The notes: generated by a model not told the origin, from the sequence alone. A DNA stretch of 64,000 nt from Eledone cirrhosa (GCA_964016885.1 OZ024741.1:320912001-320976000), one strand, 5' to 3'; shown: positions 1-14,537, counted from the stretch's first letter. Program-made: numbers and translations.

Positions 1-1
1 A

Positions 2-68
<67 letters not shown>

Positions 69-146
69 CTGTCGAAGCGGCTGGAGGTCATATATATATA
101 TAAATGTAATTTGAGTTTTTCGAATATTAATATTATTATTGGATTC

Positions 147-494
<348 letters not shown>

Positions 495-2422
495 AGAGAG
501 AGAGAGAGAGTGAGAGAATGGGTGTGTTGTGTTTGTGTAGTATGTATATATATATATACATGCATTGGCAACAGCATTAACAAAACGTGGTTGAGAATAG
601 AAACGTATATCAGAGCATATATATAGGTTTATGAATGGTAAACAAACATATCTCATTGTGGGTATTTAGTGCTGTGATCATATCGTTGCTACTTCAGTAA
701 CCGTATGAGAACACCAAATATCAGTATTTACTCACTAGCTACTGAGGCATTAGATGATAGCTTATATAGAGATTTCGCAAATAATACATGCTCCTTTGCA
801 TATTATGCAGTCTTGGTAAGTGGCATTGATAAGTAATAGTAGCCCATCAAGCTCCCACAAAAGTACTATGAAATCAAATCTATATAGAAGCTATCAGCTT
901 ATCTGTTACAGTACGTAGTAGATAAAGGACACAGACGATGAATAAGCATCCTGAAATACTAATATTCTCCGTTGTTAGACAATTACTGAGGTATGTGTGG
1001 CATGATATATATGTGTGGCATGATATATATATATATATAATAGAGGTGTATATTGAAGTGTATGTAATACGTTTATGAGTATATATATATATATATATAT
1101 ATTCATATATATATATATATATGAATTCATATATGTATGTCTGTGTGTATGCTTATATATATATATTATATGCATACACATACAGGCAGACATGTGTTGG
1201 TGATGGTCATAAAAGTTTCTAATATTATTCACGGTGACAAAATTTGTTGATGAAGGAGAAACTACAAAGCATACTTTTTAAACTATTTTTCTTGAACCAA
1301 GACACACATAAATCTACAGCATCCACCCTCCATATCCTCACCGATCGGATACATTTTTATGTCTATATCGAGTAAAGTGGTCTGATCCGAATTGAAATAT
1401 ATGATCATAAATCAACAACCCAAGTATTTTACTACACAATTTCTGTTTCTCTTTGTTTGACTTACTCATATGTGCATCAAATTAATTTTGTAGAAACTGT
1501 CATGGTGTGAGTCCAGAGAAAAATGGTGTTTGAGTGATTTATTTGTGGGTAAAGAATGTTAGGTTGGGTAAATTTTGGGGTCATACAATGACGATGTCAC
1601 ACATTGGAATATGATAGAATATGAATAGGGTGTGGTGATCTGGGAATCTTGTTAATAAAACAGTAAAAGAAAATTACCAAATACCCATTCCCTCTTATGT
1701 ACATATATATATATATACACGAGGTCCGAACACAAAAGAACCAAACTCCCACTGTTACCTACTCCGTCTCTCCTGCTCTCCCCATCTCTCACTAATGTGA
1801 GCAAATGGGGGCCCACGCACTGGCAGAATAGAAAAGGCGTTTCCCGGGAGGATGCTGGGGGAGACGCACTGATGTTTTTTTTTTAAATATCTGGAGTAGA
1901 GACGATTCCTTAATTACCAGTAACCTTTGCCTTAATATCTGAAAATATCGCAGTTGGATATCAATGTTTTTGGTTGACTCTATTCGAAATTATTAGATTG
2001 CTGGAGAACAAGACATCATTCACCAACTGGTACGACAGTATAGTAGGACTTTACCCAGGGTTCCCTGACAATAGTAGTAGCCGGCGAGCTGCTTAATGTG
2101 GAAGCCTTTTCAGCCTGTACTCTCTGACATCTGTTGGTAACATGCACAAGAAAAGTTAGTCAGATGCTCATGCGATCAAGATATCTACGTCTCCCTCCGT
2201 TCCTAAATGCTTGCGTAATCAGTAGAGCACCGGACAAAATAAATCAAAGGTTATAACTGATTAGGTTCTGATTTCAAACACCAGCTAGATCGACTGAGCC
2301 ATTCATCCTCGTATAGTCAAGTACTATAGATGTTATATCGGCTTATACCCCTGCGCTTGTATGTCTAAACTATTTCCTGTCTTTAAAAAGTGTTGTATAT
2401 TTAATATTCCTTACAGTATAGT

Positions 2423-2695
2423 CTAAAGTCTGTAAGCCAGAAGGCTCGTTAGGCCGCTGCTTATCCCGGTTTCAGGGAGTGGAGCAACTGAGAGTACAAG
2501 ACTCCCCGTTGGACAGGACGCAAGTCCATCGCATGGTTAAACCCCAGCTATTGCTGGTACTCATTTTCAGCTGAGTATACTGGAGCAACGTGAAAGGAGG
2601 CGTTTTGCTCAAGAACACAACGCAAACCAGACCAGGAATCGAACCCACGACATTGTGGTCGTAAGTCCAACACCCTTACCACTCGGCCACGTACC
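2423..2695 (-). mobile_element. tRNA-headed SINE (family B); degenerate copy near 23410-23650
   Basis: The minus strand begins GGTACGTGGCCGAGTGGTAAGG (A box) then GGTTCGATTCC (B box), followed by a central domain GTGTTCTTGAGCAAAACGCC...ACTCAGCTGAAAATGAGTACC. Confidence 0.8.
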
Positions 2696-3183
2696 ACCAC
2701 ATTACAGTATAGTACAAGCTAAAATAACCAAGTGTATATTGTATTAATTTATCATCTAGATAGTCGGTTCTCCTTTGTGTGTGGAAGAATAGGTCTGTAT
2801 TTTGATATCTACCAAGATATTTACATTCCTTCTACCTGTAGTTCAGTATCTATCTATCTATCTATCAATATATTTATCTATTGCTGTCGATTTACTATTC
2901 ATATAAAGCAATTATGATGTTTTGTAAGAATAAAAAATTAATCACAGTAATTGGTACAGTATTTTCTCGAATTCGGAAGGTTGAAAGGCAAAATTTGCCT
3001 TGGCAAGACAAACAGAAAACGCAGACGTTCGTTACTAAACACAGCAAACATTTTGTCCAGCACTCTAATAATACTGAAAATCCTCAAGTTGTCTTTTAGT
3101 CTCTTGATAAATTGGCCTTAGAAAATCTATCTATCTATATCGATGAATCTGTCAATTCTTTTGAATCTATGTCTCTCTACCTC

Positions 3184-3303
<120 letters not shown>

Positions 3304-3449
3304 AAATATATATAATTCTCCGGCTTCCACCTTTTATACAGGTCGTTGAGCGCTTCATTTTATTTTATCTGGATCACAGCTGACCGACTAAAATATGGTC
3401 TGCACATCCCTGGTCTGTTAGCCCCATATTGTAACATATATATACCGCC

Positions 3450-3541
3450 GCCCGCATAGCTCAGTCGGTAGAGCATCAGACTTTTATGAGTAATTTAGTG
3501 AAGATATCTGAGGGTCGCGGGTTCAAGTCCCTCTGTGGGCG
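3450..3541 (+). tRNA. tRNA-Lys(UUU) with a 19-nt intron (3487-3505) at the canonical 37/38 position
   Basis: Acceptor stem GCCCGCA/TGTGGGC plus discriminator G. D arm GCTC-AGTCGGTA-GAGC. Anticodon stem TCAGA/TCTGA with loop CT-TTT-A|A. T loop TTCAAGT, with one T-stem mismatch. A T-run Pol III terminator follows at about 3548-3556. Confidence 0.88.
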
Positions 3542-3557
3542 AAGCAGTTTTTTTTGA

Positions 3558-3750
3558 AAGGCAGTGAATTGGCAGTATCGGTAGAGGGTTGGACGTCATG
3601 CTTTCTAGCATAGTTACGTCCCTTTACGATCTGAGTTCAAATCCCGTCGAGGTTAATTTTGCCTTTCATCCTTATGGGGGTCGATAAAATAAAGTACCAG
3701 TAATGTACTGGGTGATTTCTGGCCTTATGCTAAAAGTAGAAACAATTATT
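3558..3750 (+). mobile_element. tRNA-derived SINE (family A, Nin/Deu-like central domain), full length
   Basis: A-box-like TGGCAGTATCGG, B box GAGTTCAAATCC, core TTTGCCTTTCATCCTTA..GGGTCGATAAAATAAAGTACCAG and tail CTGGCCTT..G.CAAAAGTAGAAACAATTATT. At least seven copies or fragments occur in the window. Confidence 0.85.
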
Positions 3751-3980
3751 ATATATATATATACATATATATAATTAACTGTCCAAAGCATTTATTAATC
3801 CGTTTGCATTTCGAACTCCACAAGAAGAGCTGTACCATATATAATCACGTGGTGAGAGATATCAGGTTGGGTGTGAAATAATCTATTTAACTATACGTTA
3901 TTCTATTTTTTCTCTATATTAATCTATCTATATTATTTACTTATCTATCTCTCTGCATATCGATCTCTCTCACTCTCTCG

Positions 3981-4026
<46 letters not shown>

Positions 4027-4188
4027 ACTAGAAATTGATTGATATATATATAAAATATTTTATATATATATATGTCAATCAATTTCTAGTTGATATAAAA
4101 TGCTCGGATCTATTCATTGGAATTTTGAGCATATTCTACAGTGGATATGGCGCATGTCTCTCAGACATGACACCCTTAATTTAATTTT

Positions 4189-4279
<91 letters not shown>

Positions 4280-4746
4280 GTGTGTATTTGTTTACAATTG
4301 CGTGTGTGCGTGTGTGAGTGTGTATATATGTGTACATGGGCGAGCGTGCGTATGTATGTGTGTGCGTGTCAATATCTCATGGTAACTGTCTATCTAGTTA
4401 TGTGTATACGAACCTGTCTGGTACATTTACAGTCGTCGTCGGTTCGACGTTCTATTTATAAAATTTTTCTTGGTCTTTTACTGGCTCACAATACTTTCAT
4501 TCCTTTTATATTTCTTATAAAATCACTCTGACCACATTTTCTCTCTCACCCAATCCACCACCATCACAATCACCACGTATCTTCATGCACACTAAACATC
4601 TATCTAGATTCTACACAGAATTTTCTCTATACATCAATAAAATGTGTCGTTACTCACTTTAAATATAAAGAAAGCGGAAATGTGGCATCTTTGTAGACTG
4701 AAGAACATTGCATACACACATTAGACACGCTACTCACACACATACA

Positions 4747-4784
<38 letters not shown>

Positions 4785-4883
4785 GTTTATCGATTATATA
4801 TATATATATATATTTATCGACGATATAGATATGTAGATATAGATAGATGTTTATCGACGATACAGATATAGATATAGATATAT

Positions 4884-4960
<77 letters not shown>

Positions 4961-7556
4961 AACGAGTAGGACCCCGACGGTTGAGCTCAAGCCGTTTCGA
5001 CAGCTAATTCTGGATAAATGAAAATGTTTATCCTGGTATATGAATAGCCGAGCTTCTCAGGGGGTAATTCCATATATGGTAAAAGGTGATTGTTGAGACA
5101 GATAATTCTATCATGGCAATTTGTGGAAGGAAGGGGCAGCTGAACCTGCCAGTAGAAGAAAGAGGGAGAGGGGTGGAGGAAACCCAGTCGTGCGTTGATA
5201 GTGCCAACTACAGCAGGGCAGGAGGTCAAGGAAGTATACTAGGGAGGGGGAGGGGGAGGAAGTCGAAACAATAAGTAAAACAATATGGGGTAAATATATA
5301 GAAGAATACCGAGAATGTTAAAAGTATAAAAAAAAAACAATTTCTGGTTACTATTCCCTAACACGTCTCTCACTGTTACTGCTAAACTATAGAAAGGTTT
5401 ACTAGGTGGGACGGAATTATAATGAGACCATTTTAAGAGTTAGTAGTAATCAACCGAGTATATCTTACGGTGACTGATCAACAAGTAGGGGGCCAAAATA
5501 CTAAAGAAACTACCACAAAATCATATTTCAGAGTCCCGAGACTAATACGAAATAATTGTTTCTACCCAAGGCACAAGGCTAGCAACCATGGTTCAATCTT
5601 CCCCACAACGCCGAGGTGGCGTTGAAATCTTCTTTGGGCTCATCGAAAAACACTTCCCACTACAACACCGCTACCACAACATAATTAACAAAAATACCAT
5701 CAAACTTTCCTACAGCACCACACCAAACTTTGCACAAAACATCGTCTCCTCTAACAACAAAAAACTCAACCCCTATGGAAGGAATAGCTTAAATAGCAGT
5801 GGAGAGCCGACCAGGAGGTGCAACTGTCCTGATGGATCCATTTTCCCCCTCGACAACAGATGCAGAGATCGTAATGTGATCTACCAGTGCAACGTGAGGA
5901 CGGACACCTCCAACAAAGCTTATATAGGATTAACCGCATGTGACTTCAAGACCCGGCTATACCAACACAGACATACCTTCCGAAACCCGCCCCGGCGTCA
6001 CGCCACCACACTTTCGGGCCACATCTGGGACCTCAAGGATAACAATATTACCTATGATCTCACTTGGAGCTTACTGTCCAGAGCCAACTCTTACACGGGA
6101 GGACGCCGTCCGTGCAATTTATGGTCGGAGGAAACTTTACAAATGCTGTTTTCGACGGACCAACTCCTAAACAAGAAAGACGAACTGGTAACTGCATGCA
6201 AACACAGATTGCGTAGGACTTACCTCGCCCTCAAACCCCATAATGACCCGGAGTGGGGGGGTAGGAAAGGGCTGTAACACCCCACCTGCCGACTTTGTAA
6301 TGGGTAACCCCTACTTGCAAAGGTAGACGTAAGATCTTCTCTTATATCTTTTTATAGCTTCCTCAATATTTCCTTCTTCCCCCATCCCTTCCTAGTCCTT
6401 CCAGCCCAGTCCTCCTTCTTTGTCGTCGTCCCTTTCACTTTCTCGCCCTCCCGAGGCATCCCCTCGGTACTTTGTAGCCTCAGTACCCCCACCCCCATCC
6501 CCTATGATAGAATTGGCCGACTCCGCTTTTTATAGCAGATGTGATAGACCCCGGATACTTGCTTTCTTATCCGATGGCTGCCCCATTTCCGTGCTTTCTA
6601 CATTTCTTAATGGTATCTTTGCTTTAATTTCTCGTATATCAGTATTTTTTTTTAGGGGTGGGGGTGGGGGGGATTCTGAATTTATTTTCCGTATGAAATT
6701 TTTCATATACTTCGTACGAGCATTTATGTAGTTTGCACTAGAATTTTTGTATCGTAGCGGCACCCTTAGAGATAGTATTAGTATTCATTTTCGGGATTCT
6801 GGATTATTATTTCGTATTATTTTACTTTTTGCACTGGGTAGTTGCTGGCCTTTTGCCTGGGGTAGAAACAATTATTTCGTATTAGTCTCGGGACTCTGAA
6901 TTATTATTTCGTGGTAGTTTCTTTAGTATTTTGGCCCCCTACTTGTTGATCTGTCACCGTAAGATATACTCGGTTGATTACTACTAACTCTTAAAATGGT
7001 CTCATTATAATTCCGTCCCACCTAGTAAACTTTTCTATAGTTTAGCAGTACCAGTGAGAGACTTGATGACTGTCGTTAGGGAATAGTAACCAGAAATTGT
7101 TTTTTTTTATACTTTTAACATTCTCGGTATTCTTCTATATATTTATCCCATATTGTTTTACTTATTGTTTCGACTTCCTCCCCCTCCCCCTCCCTAGTAT
7201 ACTTCCTTGACCTCCTGCCCTGCTGTAGTTGGCACTATCAACGCACGACTGGGTTTCTTCCGGCCCCTCTCCCTCTTTCTTCTACTGGCAGGTTCAGCTA
7301 CCTCTTCCTTCCACAAATTGCCATGATAGAATTATCTGTCTCAACAATCACCTTTTACCATATATGGAATTACCCCCTGAGAAGCTCGGCTATTCATATA
7401 CCAGGTAAAAATGTTCATTTAGTCCAGAATTAGCCGTCGAAACGGCTTGAGCTCAGCCGTCGGGTCCTACTCGTTCCTATTACCCACTCTACTACCCTAA
7501 GTATTGAGGAATTTGGTGCGTTATGGTCCACTTGGTTCCTTACCACATTTCCTTCG

Positions 7557-7560
<4 letters not shown>
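4961..7560 (+). mobile_element. 5'-truncated Penelope-like element with an inverted copy of its 3' pLTR in front (arms 4961-5586 and 6841-7475)
   Basis: Near-perfect ~630-bp inverted repeat around a GIY-YIG ORF. Both ends abut (TA)n. Confidence 0.88.
5588..6277 (+). pseudogene. Penelope-like GIY-YIG endonuclease C-terminal fragment (possibly Naiad-like)
   Basis: Motifs CNC...PLDNRC..NVIYQC.V....AYIGLT..FKTR..QH..TF...TLS.HIW.LK...LNK..EL...CKH. No RT domain is present. Confidence 0.88.
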
Positions 7561-7597
<37 letters not shown>

Positions 7598-7650
7598 TAA
7601 CAGATTATTATTATTATTACTATATATATAGACTGACGGTGGATTGGCAG

Positions 7651-7721
<71 letters not shown>

Positions 7722-8244
7722 GATAAATTGAGATTTATTGAAAATATCACGGAACTTGTTTTTCTGGAAAGAAATTATGAAAGAAAACTTTTTATATATT
7801 GTTGTACAAAGTGATATTAAACATTTATACATATGTGATTATATGAATGTATGCATATATTATTTTGTAAGACATCTATGCGTCACGAAAATTCGCTAAA
7901 TTTTCCTAACCATTGAAATCTGTGTAGCTACAACTACCATCTGAACACATTCGACTAAAAGGTATATACTTAATCGTCGTCCGACCAATACAATAAATTG
8001 TTAGTGTCCCCTGACTATGTGCACGTGACACAAAACTTGGAGTTGCAACGGAGTGGATAATCGATTGAAAAATACATACATATTCCTATATTTTTATGTA
8101 TAAATGTATGTGTATACATTTATACCATAGTACACACACACACAAACATCACGCACCCACATGCACAAACACACACATACACCCACACAGACACACACAC
8201 AAACACATACACACATACACCCACCCCAACGCCCAAGCAACCCT

Positions 8245-8276
<32 letters not shown>

Positions 8277-8411
8277 GAACAAAAAGGTGACGTGGTTGCC
8301 TTAACACCGTATGGCATAAATTCAGGCTGTTCAGTTTGTTGACAAACGAACAAAGCGGCGTTATAATAAGCGTCCGCTAAACTGATGCGTGCATATATGT
8401 ATGTGTACCTG

Positions 8412-8481
<70 letters not shown>

Positions 8482-8534
8482 TGCTACTGTACGTCTGTAT
8501 ACATATATGTATGTACGTATACATACATACTTAC

Positions 8535-8591
<57 letters not shown>

Positions 8592-9041
8592 ATCAAAAGA
8601 TGGTTAAATGAGTTCCATGTATTTCATTATGCGCATTTCAAAAACAAATATCATCATGCAATAACATTTGTGTTTTCATCAGATAAAATAGGAGGACATG
8701 ATATGAAGGTTAAAAACACTTGTGGATAGTGCAGTTTTAAATCAACATATGAAAATTAGTTTTAGATTGATGCGTGATATTGGGGAAAAAAAAATGTTGA
8801 GGGGGGGGGGATGAAAACGAGGAGGAGATGAGAGTAAAAAGTGGAGGGGGAAGAGTATAATGAGGAAGGAGGAGATAGGAGGAGAGATGGGTGATAGAGA
8901 GAGAGATAGCTTTTATAACTGAGAAAAATATATTGTTTTACATAGAGAGGTTGAAAAACCGTTGGAAGATAATGTATAAATTAAAAGAATTTGAAAATTA
9001 ACGAAGAGAAAAATAATGTAAAGTTAAGGTTTGTATATTGA

Positions 9042-9208
9042 AGGGTTTAATAATATGTGCGATGAAAGGAAATTGTTAATATGTATTAAGAATAATATTT
9101 AAGGGTTTAATAATATGTGCGATGGAAAGAAAATGTTAATATGTATTAAGAATAATATTTAAGGGTTTAATAATATGTGCGATGGAAAGAAAATGTTGAT
9201 ATGTATTA
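9042..9208. repeat. 60-bp minisatellite, about 2.8 copies
   Basis: AAGGGTTTAATAATATGTGCGATG recurs at about 9042, 9101 and 9161. Confidence 0.9.
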
Positions 9209-9620
9209 TTAAAAAAACAGAAGTAATGTAAGTAAGGATATATTGTGAGATGAGCATGAATAAGTTAGATGAAAGTGAGAAAAAAATAATGAATAGAGGA
9301 TGAATAATCTAACGTCAAAAAAAAAAATGTTTATGTTTACGAAGGATTTTTTCAAGGTGATATAAAGTAAGAATATAGTGTATTGTGTAATAATTGTTTC
9401 TATGTTAGGCACAGTGAGAAAAGGTACAGATTAGGGGTTAGAAATTAAAAGAAAAAGAAAATAAAAGGAAAAGGAAAAAAGGGAAGTGATGAATAGGAGT
9501 GATATAGAATATAATAAATAACTTTGAAATAAGGTAGAAAGATGGGTATATTTTTAAAGAAGTATATATATATATATGTGCCTTTGAGAAGAGGATTCTG
9601 AATTGATAAGGTTTAGGATA

Positions 9621-9930
9621 TTAGCTGTATACTTTATGGAAAGTTCTGTGGAATTTATGCAAGCAGATAGAAAACAAGTCAGTGCGTCTATTTATTATAG
9701 AATCTAAATTAGATATAATGGTAAATTTTTCATTTAGACAGAGATTGCAAGTCTTGGATAGAGAACTGTTCAAGTTTGGAGAAGCAGAGGAAACCTTTTG
9801 CCAAGAGATGTTATATTTAATATTTTTGTCTTTCAAGGACCATATGAGTTCTGAGAGAGCCGTGTTGGTTCTTTTAAGTTTATATTTAAAAGACGAATGA
9901 TGATTATAAAGACGAGCTTTAAAGAAGGTG
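9621..9930 (-). pseudogene. Penelope-like GIY-YIG C-terminal remnant
   Basis: TALSELIW.LKDKNIKYNISW...CNLCLNEKF.I.....INRRTDLFSICLH, homologous to the ORFs at 5588 and 53618. Confidence 0.82.
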
Positions 9931-10005
9931 GAAGTGGAGCCGATATCTGCATTACTTTATCCGATATCTGCATTACTTTATTGTACTACAATAAAACTCA
10001 CCTCC

Positions 10006-10085
<80 letters not shown>

Positions 10086-10280
10086 AATAGGGAGAGAGAA
10101 ACGATTATTAGGGAGAAAAATATTTTTTTTTCCTTAATTTTTTCTCTTTTTTCTGGGTTAGAAAATGTTTAAAACAAAATATTTTACTTTGTGTTAAGTG
10201 TTAAGGTATTAGTTAATTTATTTATTAATTAACAACACCATTGATTTATTTATTTATTAATTTATTTATTTAATAATTAT

Positions 10281-10317
10281 CAATTACCGGTTTCAGCATT
10301 TTATGCATTATCAAATT
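10281..10317 (-). ncRNA. Minimal type-I hammerhead motif, U3-A8 variant, downstream of a PLE remnant
   Basis: Minus strand reads TAAT-TTGATAA-T-GCAT(AAA)ATGC-T-GAAA-CCGG-TA-ATTG. Confidence 0.5.
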
Positions 10318-10795
10318 ACGTGAGTGGGCGAGAAAAAAGGGGGGAATTTGTATTAGTATAAAATGTAGGAGAGAAGATAAGGTGATATTGAATATGTTAT
10401 TGAAATGGGAAAAAAAAGAATAATATTATTTACAAACAAGGTTTTTGAAGTAAAAAAAAGGGGTGAGGTGGAACATGATAAGGTAATGGGAAAGAAAGAA
10501 TAATAGTATTTACAGGCACAGTTCTTGAGGATAAGCAGTTCATAAAGTGTTATTATGGCAGGAGCGCTTAGAGAAGTTGATCCATGTTGGAGGCAATGTT
10601 TACCTGGGAATAGATGTGTTATCCCTTTTTAGAGAATTAATATGCAGGGGGAGGTAATTCAGGATGGTCGGTTAGGATAAAGAGAGGAGATGGGGTAATT
10701 CATTTATATAAGAAAAAGACTAGGTAGGGTGCGAGGGAGGTAACGCTTTAGAGAACGTAGGAATTTTGGACTATGGTTCATTGTTCGTTCCAGTT

Positions 10796-11035
10796 TTAGT
10801 TTAGTCCGAAGTTTAGTCCATTAAGTAGATGTTGGAATTTGTTAATGAAGTACGTTTCCTTATTAGTACGATGGATGAAAGAAGCGTTGTCTATGAATTT
10901 GTAAATGGGGAAAATTCTAAAGTTTGGTTGTTGGTTAGGTGCACAATTGGCGATATGTTCACTAAAAGCAATCTTTCTGTATTCCTGTATTTTGATTTGT
11001 GATCTATGCAGGGTCATACGTTGTCGGAAGCTGTT
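10796..11035 (-). pseudogene. Penelope-like GIY-YIG C-terminal remnant (a second PLE lineage)
   Basis: RQRMTLHRSQI.....AFSEHI..C....FRIFPI......R..KETYFI.KF...LNGLN. The 5' end abuts (TA)n. Confidence 0.78.
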
Positions 11036-11437
11036 TATATATATATATATATATAAATAATAGATTAAAGTTTAACAGGATCTTCTGAAACTAACAAAGT
11101 CAATCTGTGAACGCAGAAGTGAATATTTCAAAAAAACGTTGCAACCGGAGGAAGACAGGAAGACGATACTTTGGTTCGTGGAAACGTTCCCTATACAAAT
11201 AAGTAATGGTATAAACATAACATATACTTATCTACCACAGCAAGACGTAAAATATCCGCGTATAGTTCGTACTATCCGTTAGGGTATAATGTGGGGCTGT
11301 AGTACAGGAAAGTTTTGTGCAATTTATGTTTACAAGCCGAAATTAACTCAGATTTTTTGTTTAAGATGTGGTCTTTGGCGTAGAGTATTATCCTTATCGA
11401 GCCCTCTTTGGATTTTAGTCTTCAAATTTATTATTAT

Positions 11438-11516
<79 letters not shown>

Positions 11517-11676
11517 AAGGGGTCGGCCATCGAAGAAACAAAACCACACGATCGACCGTCCCCTGTAGCAGGGGAACTTTTTTTTTTTTTTCTCGATGCA
11601 GTTTTGGGATTTCTTTTTTAATTTAAAGATATTTTTTAGAAACTTTCAATGTTTTCAAGTTTTTATAGGTTTTGCC

Positions 11677-11732
11677 GTCTGAAGAGCTCAGGCTATCAGG
11701 ACTGATAGTCTTCAGTTAAATATGTATAACGG
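11677..11732 (+). ncRNA. Degenerate hammerhead motif
   Basis: CCGT-CTGAAGA-GCT..(hairpin)..AGT-TAAA (instead of GAAA)-TATGTA-TA-ACGG, followed by AATAAA. Confidence 0.5.
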
Positions 11733-11771
11733 AGTTTTCAATAAATCAACTGATTATGGCCGCCGATTATT

Positions 11772-11872
11772 AATAATTGTTTCTACCTTTGACACAAGGC
11801 CACCAATTACTCCAGTGCATTACCGGTATTTTATTTTATCGACCTCGTAAGGATGAAAGGCAAAGTTAACCT
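11772..11872 (-). mobile_element. SINE family A, 3' fragment
   Basis: Reverse complement of the SINE A core and tail. Confidence 0.8.
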
Positions 11873-11899
11873 ACGATTATTAATAATATATATATTACA

Positions 11900-12127
11900 G
11901 CAAAACACATTAAAACAGAAACAGATCCCATAAAATGCAAAAAACCTTTGGACAAATTCCTCCAAAAATCCCCGATAAACCTCCTACATCCGGATATGTC
12001 TACGTAAACAATGACAATCTACTTGAGTCGACCATGTTGTCCAAATCCTGATTTGAAAGACTTCGTCAGGTGGTGCTATTAACTTAGATATGGCCTGGGA
12101 CAATACTGGCCGAAACTATTAAAGTTA
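11900..12127 (+). mobile_element. 3' end of a CR1/L2-group LINE
   Basis: Translates, across a frameshift, as KKPLDKFLQK/IPDKPPTSGYV...NDNLL, resembling typical CR1-group ORF2 C-termini. Confidence 0.5.
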
Positions 12128-12142
12128 TATATATATATAACT

Positions 12143-12761
<619 letters not shown>

Positions 12762-12825
12762 TGTCCCAAGGCTCTGATACCATCAACACCATAAACACAG
12801 AGCTGGCATATCTAAGAACGGACTA

Positions 12826-12881
12826 ACTGCCTGATGAGGTCATGGCCATTCAATGGCTATCATCGAAATATATATAGCAGT
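12826..12881 (+). ncRNA. Type-I hammerhead ribozyme (F1)
   Basis: ACTGC-CTGATGA-GGT-CAT-GGCCATT(C)AATGGCT-ATC-ATC-GAAA-TATATA-TA-GCAGT, followed by AATAAA. Confidence 0.8.
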
Positions 12882-13050
12882 AAATAAAGGATTATGAGTT
12901 CATGCAATTGACTTATGTTTCGTCACTATATATATATATAGAGAGAGAGAGATTTTGAGTATATGTTGGTTGTATACCAACACCTCAGTATGCAGGCTGG
13001 AGCACTCGACGAAGTGCGCAGGTTGGTTTGGTTACTCCGGAGTAATGTAA

Positions 13051-13120
<70 letters not shown>

Positions 13121-13391
13121 TCATTCTCACGTCCGTCAATAGCACAGACAGGCAGATATAAATATATGCTATTCACAGACGTGGGAAAGTGTACTAAATG
13201 CCGAAATAGTTTAAATATTAATTTCTTATGACTAAGTAACGAGCCTTGTGTAAATGAGGTGAATAGAAAATAATTTGAATGAGTATATATCAATTAGTAG
13301 GGGTTAATAAAATAGTTACTGAAAATGGAATTACTTGAGAAAACAGGTGGTGTAGTAAATACGATGATGATGATGATGATGATGATAATGA

Positions 13392-13425
<34 letters not shown>

Positions 13426-14030
13426 GGTGGTGGTGGTGGTAGAGTTAAAATAGCAATTTTAAAGTAACAGTATAATGATAATTACCTATGTATTGTGGTA
13501 GTGGATGGCGTGAGTGAAATGAAACGGTTCAGTAGATTTCTGCTTGTTGGTGATGATGGTGGTTGGTGATAATGTATAAGATCGTGATGATGATGGTGGT
13601 TGGTGCTAATGTATAAGATGGTGATAATGATGGTGATGGTGGTTGGTGCTAATGTATAAAATGGTGATGGTGATAGAAAATAACTTTGATGGGTAGGTGA
13701 GTGTATAAAGTATTTAGTAGATAATGGATTTACTTTAGAGGACAGTGGGTGAAGATCATGATGAAGGATAATTAAATATGAGAATTGCAGAGGCGCCACT
13801 ATCAAGTGGTTGAATGTCATAGAAGACAAAAGCCATTGGAAGTTTATACAATTATAACGACCTAGCCTCCCAGCCACAACCCAAGTTATTATCTATTCAT
13901 CAAATGTAACCTATTCATCATCATTATCATCATCTCCTGAAACTTCATTCTTCTTCTTCTTCTTCTTCTTCTTCTTCTTCTTCTTCTTTTTTTTTCTTTT
14001 TCTTCTTCTTCTTATTATTATTATTCTTAT

Positions 14031-14077
<47 letters not shown>

Positions 14078-14079
14078 TT

Positions 14080-14480
14080 CGTAGCGGCTCTATCTGCAGC
14101 GACTCCTTGATCTCCGAGCCACGCACTCCATCGAGTAATGATACTCTACAGACCCTTTGGAGGAACCCCATTTCGATCGCTTGTATTTGCGGTCGCATTC
14201 TTTAAGTGATTACACAACAGTCATGACCTAAGGTAAGAGTTGGCACGAATAACGAATTGAAGATAGCACTTATCTCCCTTCTTCTGATGACAGGATGCTG
14301 AAGTTGGAGCATTACTGCATCAGTTCCTGCAATTTTTGCAAATAACCAGTCTTCTGCCTTCCATCAATCATGCAGCACTCGGCATCAAACCTACCAAGTG
14401 CATGTCGAAGATCAGGTTCTAACGAGTTAAGTAATGCCATGTCGTCCACAAATTCAAGCCGACAGATCCTACTTCCAAAC
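14080..14480 (-). mobile_element. RTE-clade LINE RT fragment with internal deletion, abutting (AAG)n
   Basis: LEFVDDMALL..SEPDLRHALGRFDAEC and IQAIEMGFLQRVCRVSLLDGVRGSEIKESLQIEPL. Confidence 0.8.
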
Positions 14481-14537
14481 CGGCTGTGTATTTCATATAA
14501 CATAGTACATATATATAAATATATATTGATATATATA

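Noticed and set aside
822-885. TTGATAA...GAAA, a possible U3-A8 hammerhead
   Set aside because: No convincing stem I or stem III.
9042-9208. Regularly spaced repeats as a CRISPR array
   Set aside because: This is a contiguous tandem repeat without unique spacers, in a eukaryotic context with no cas genes.
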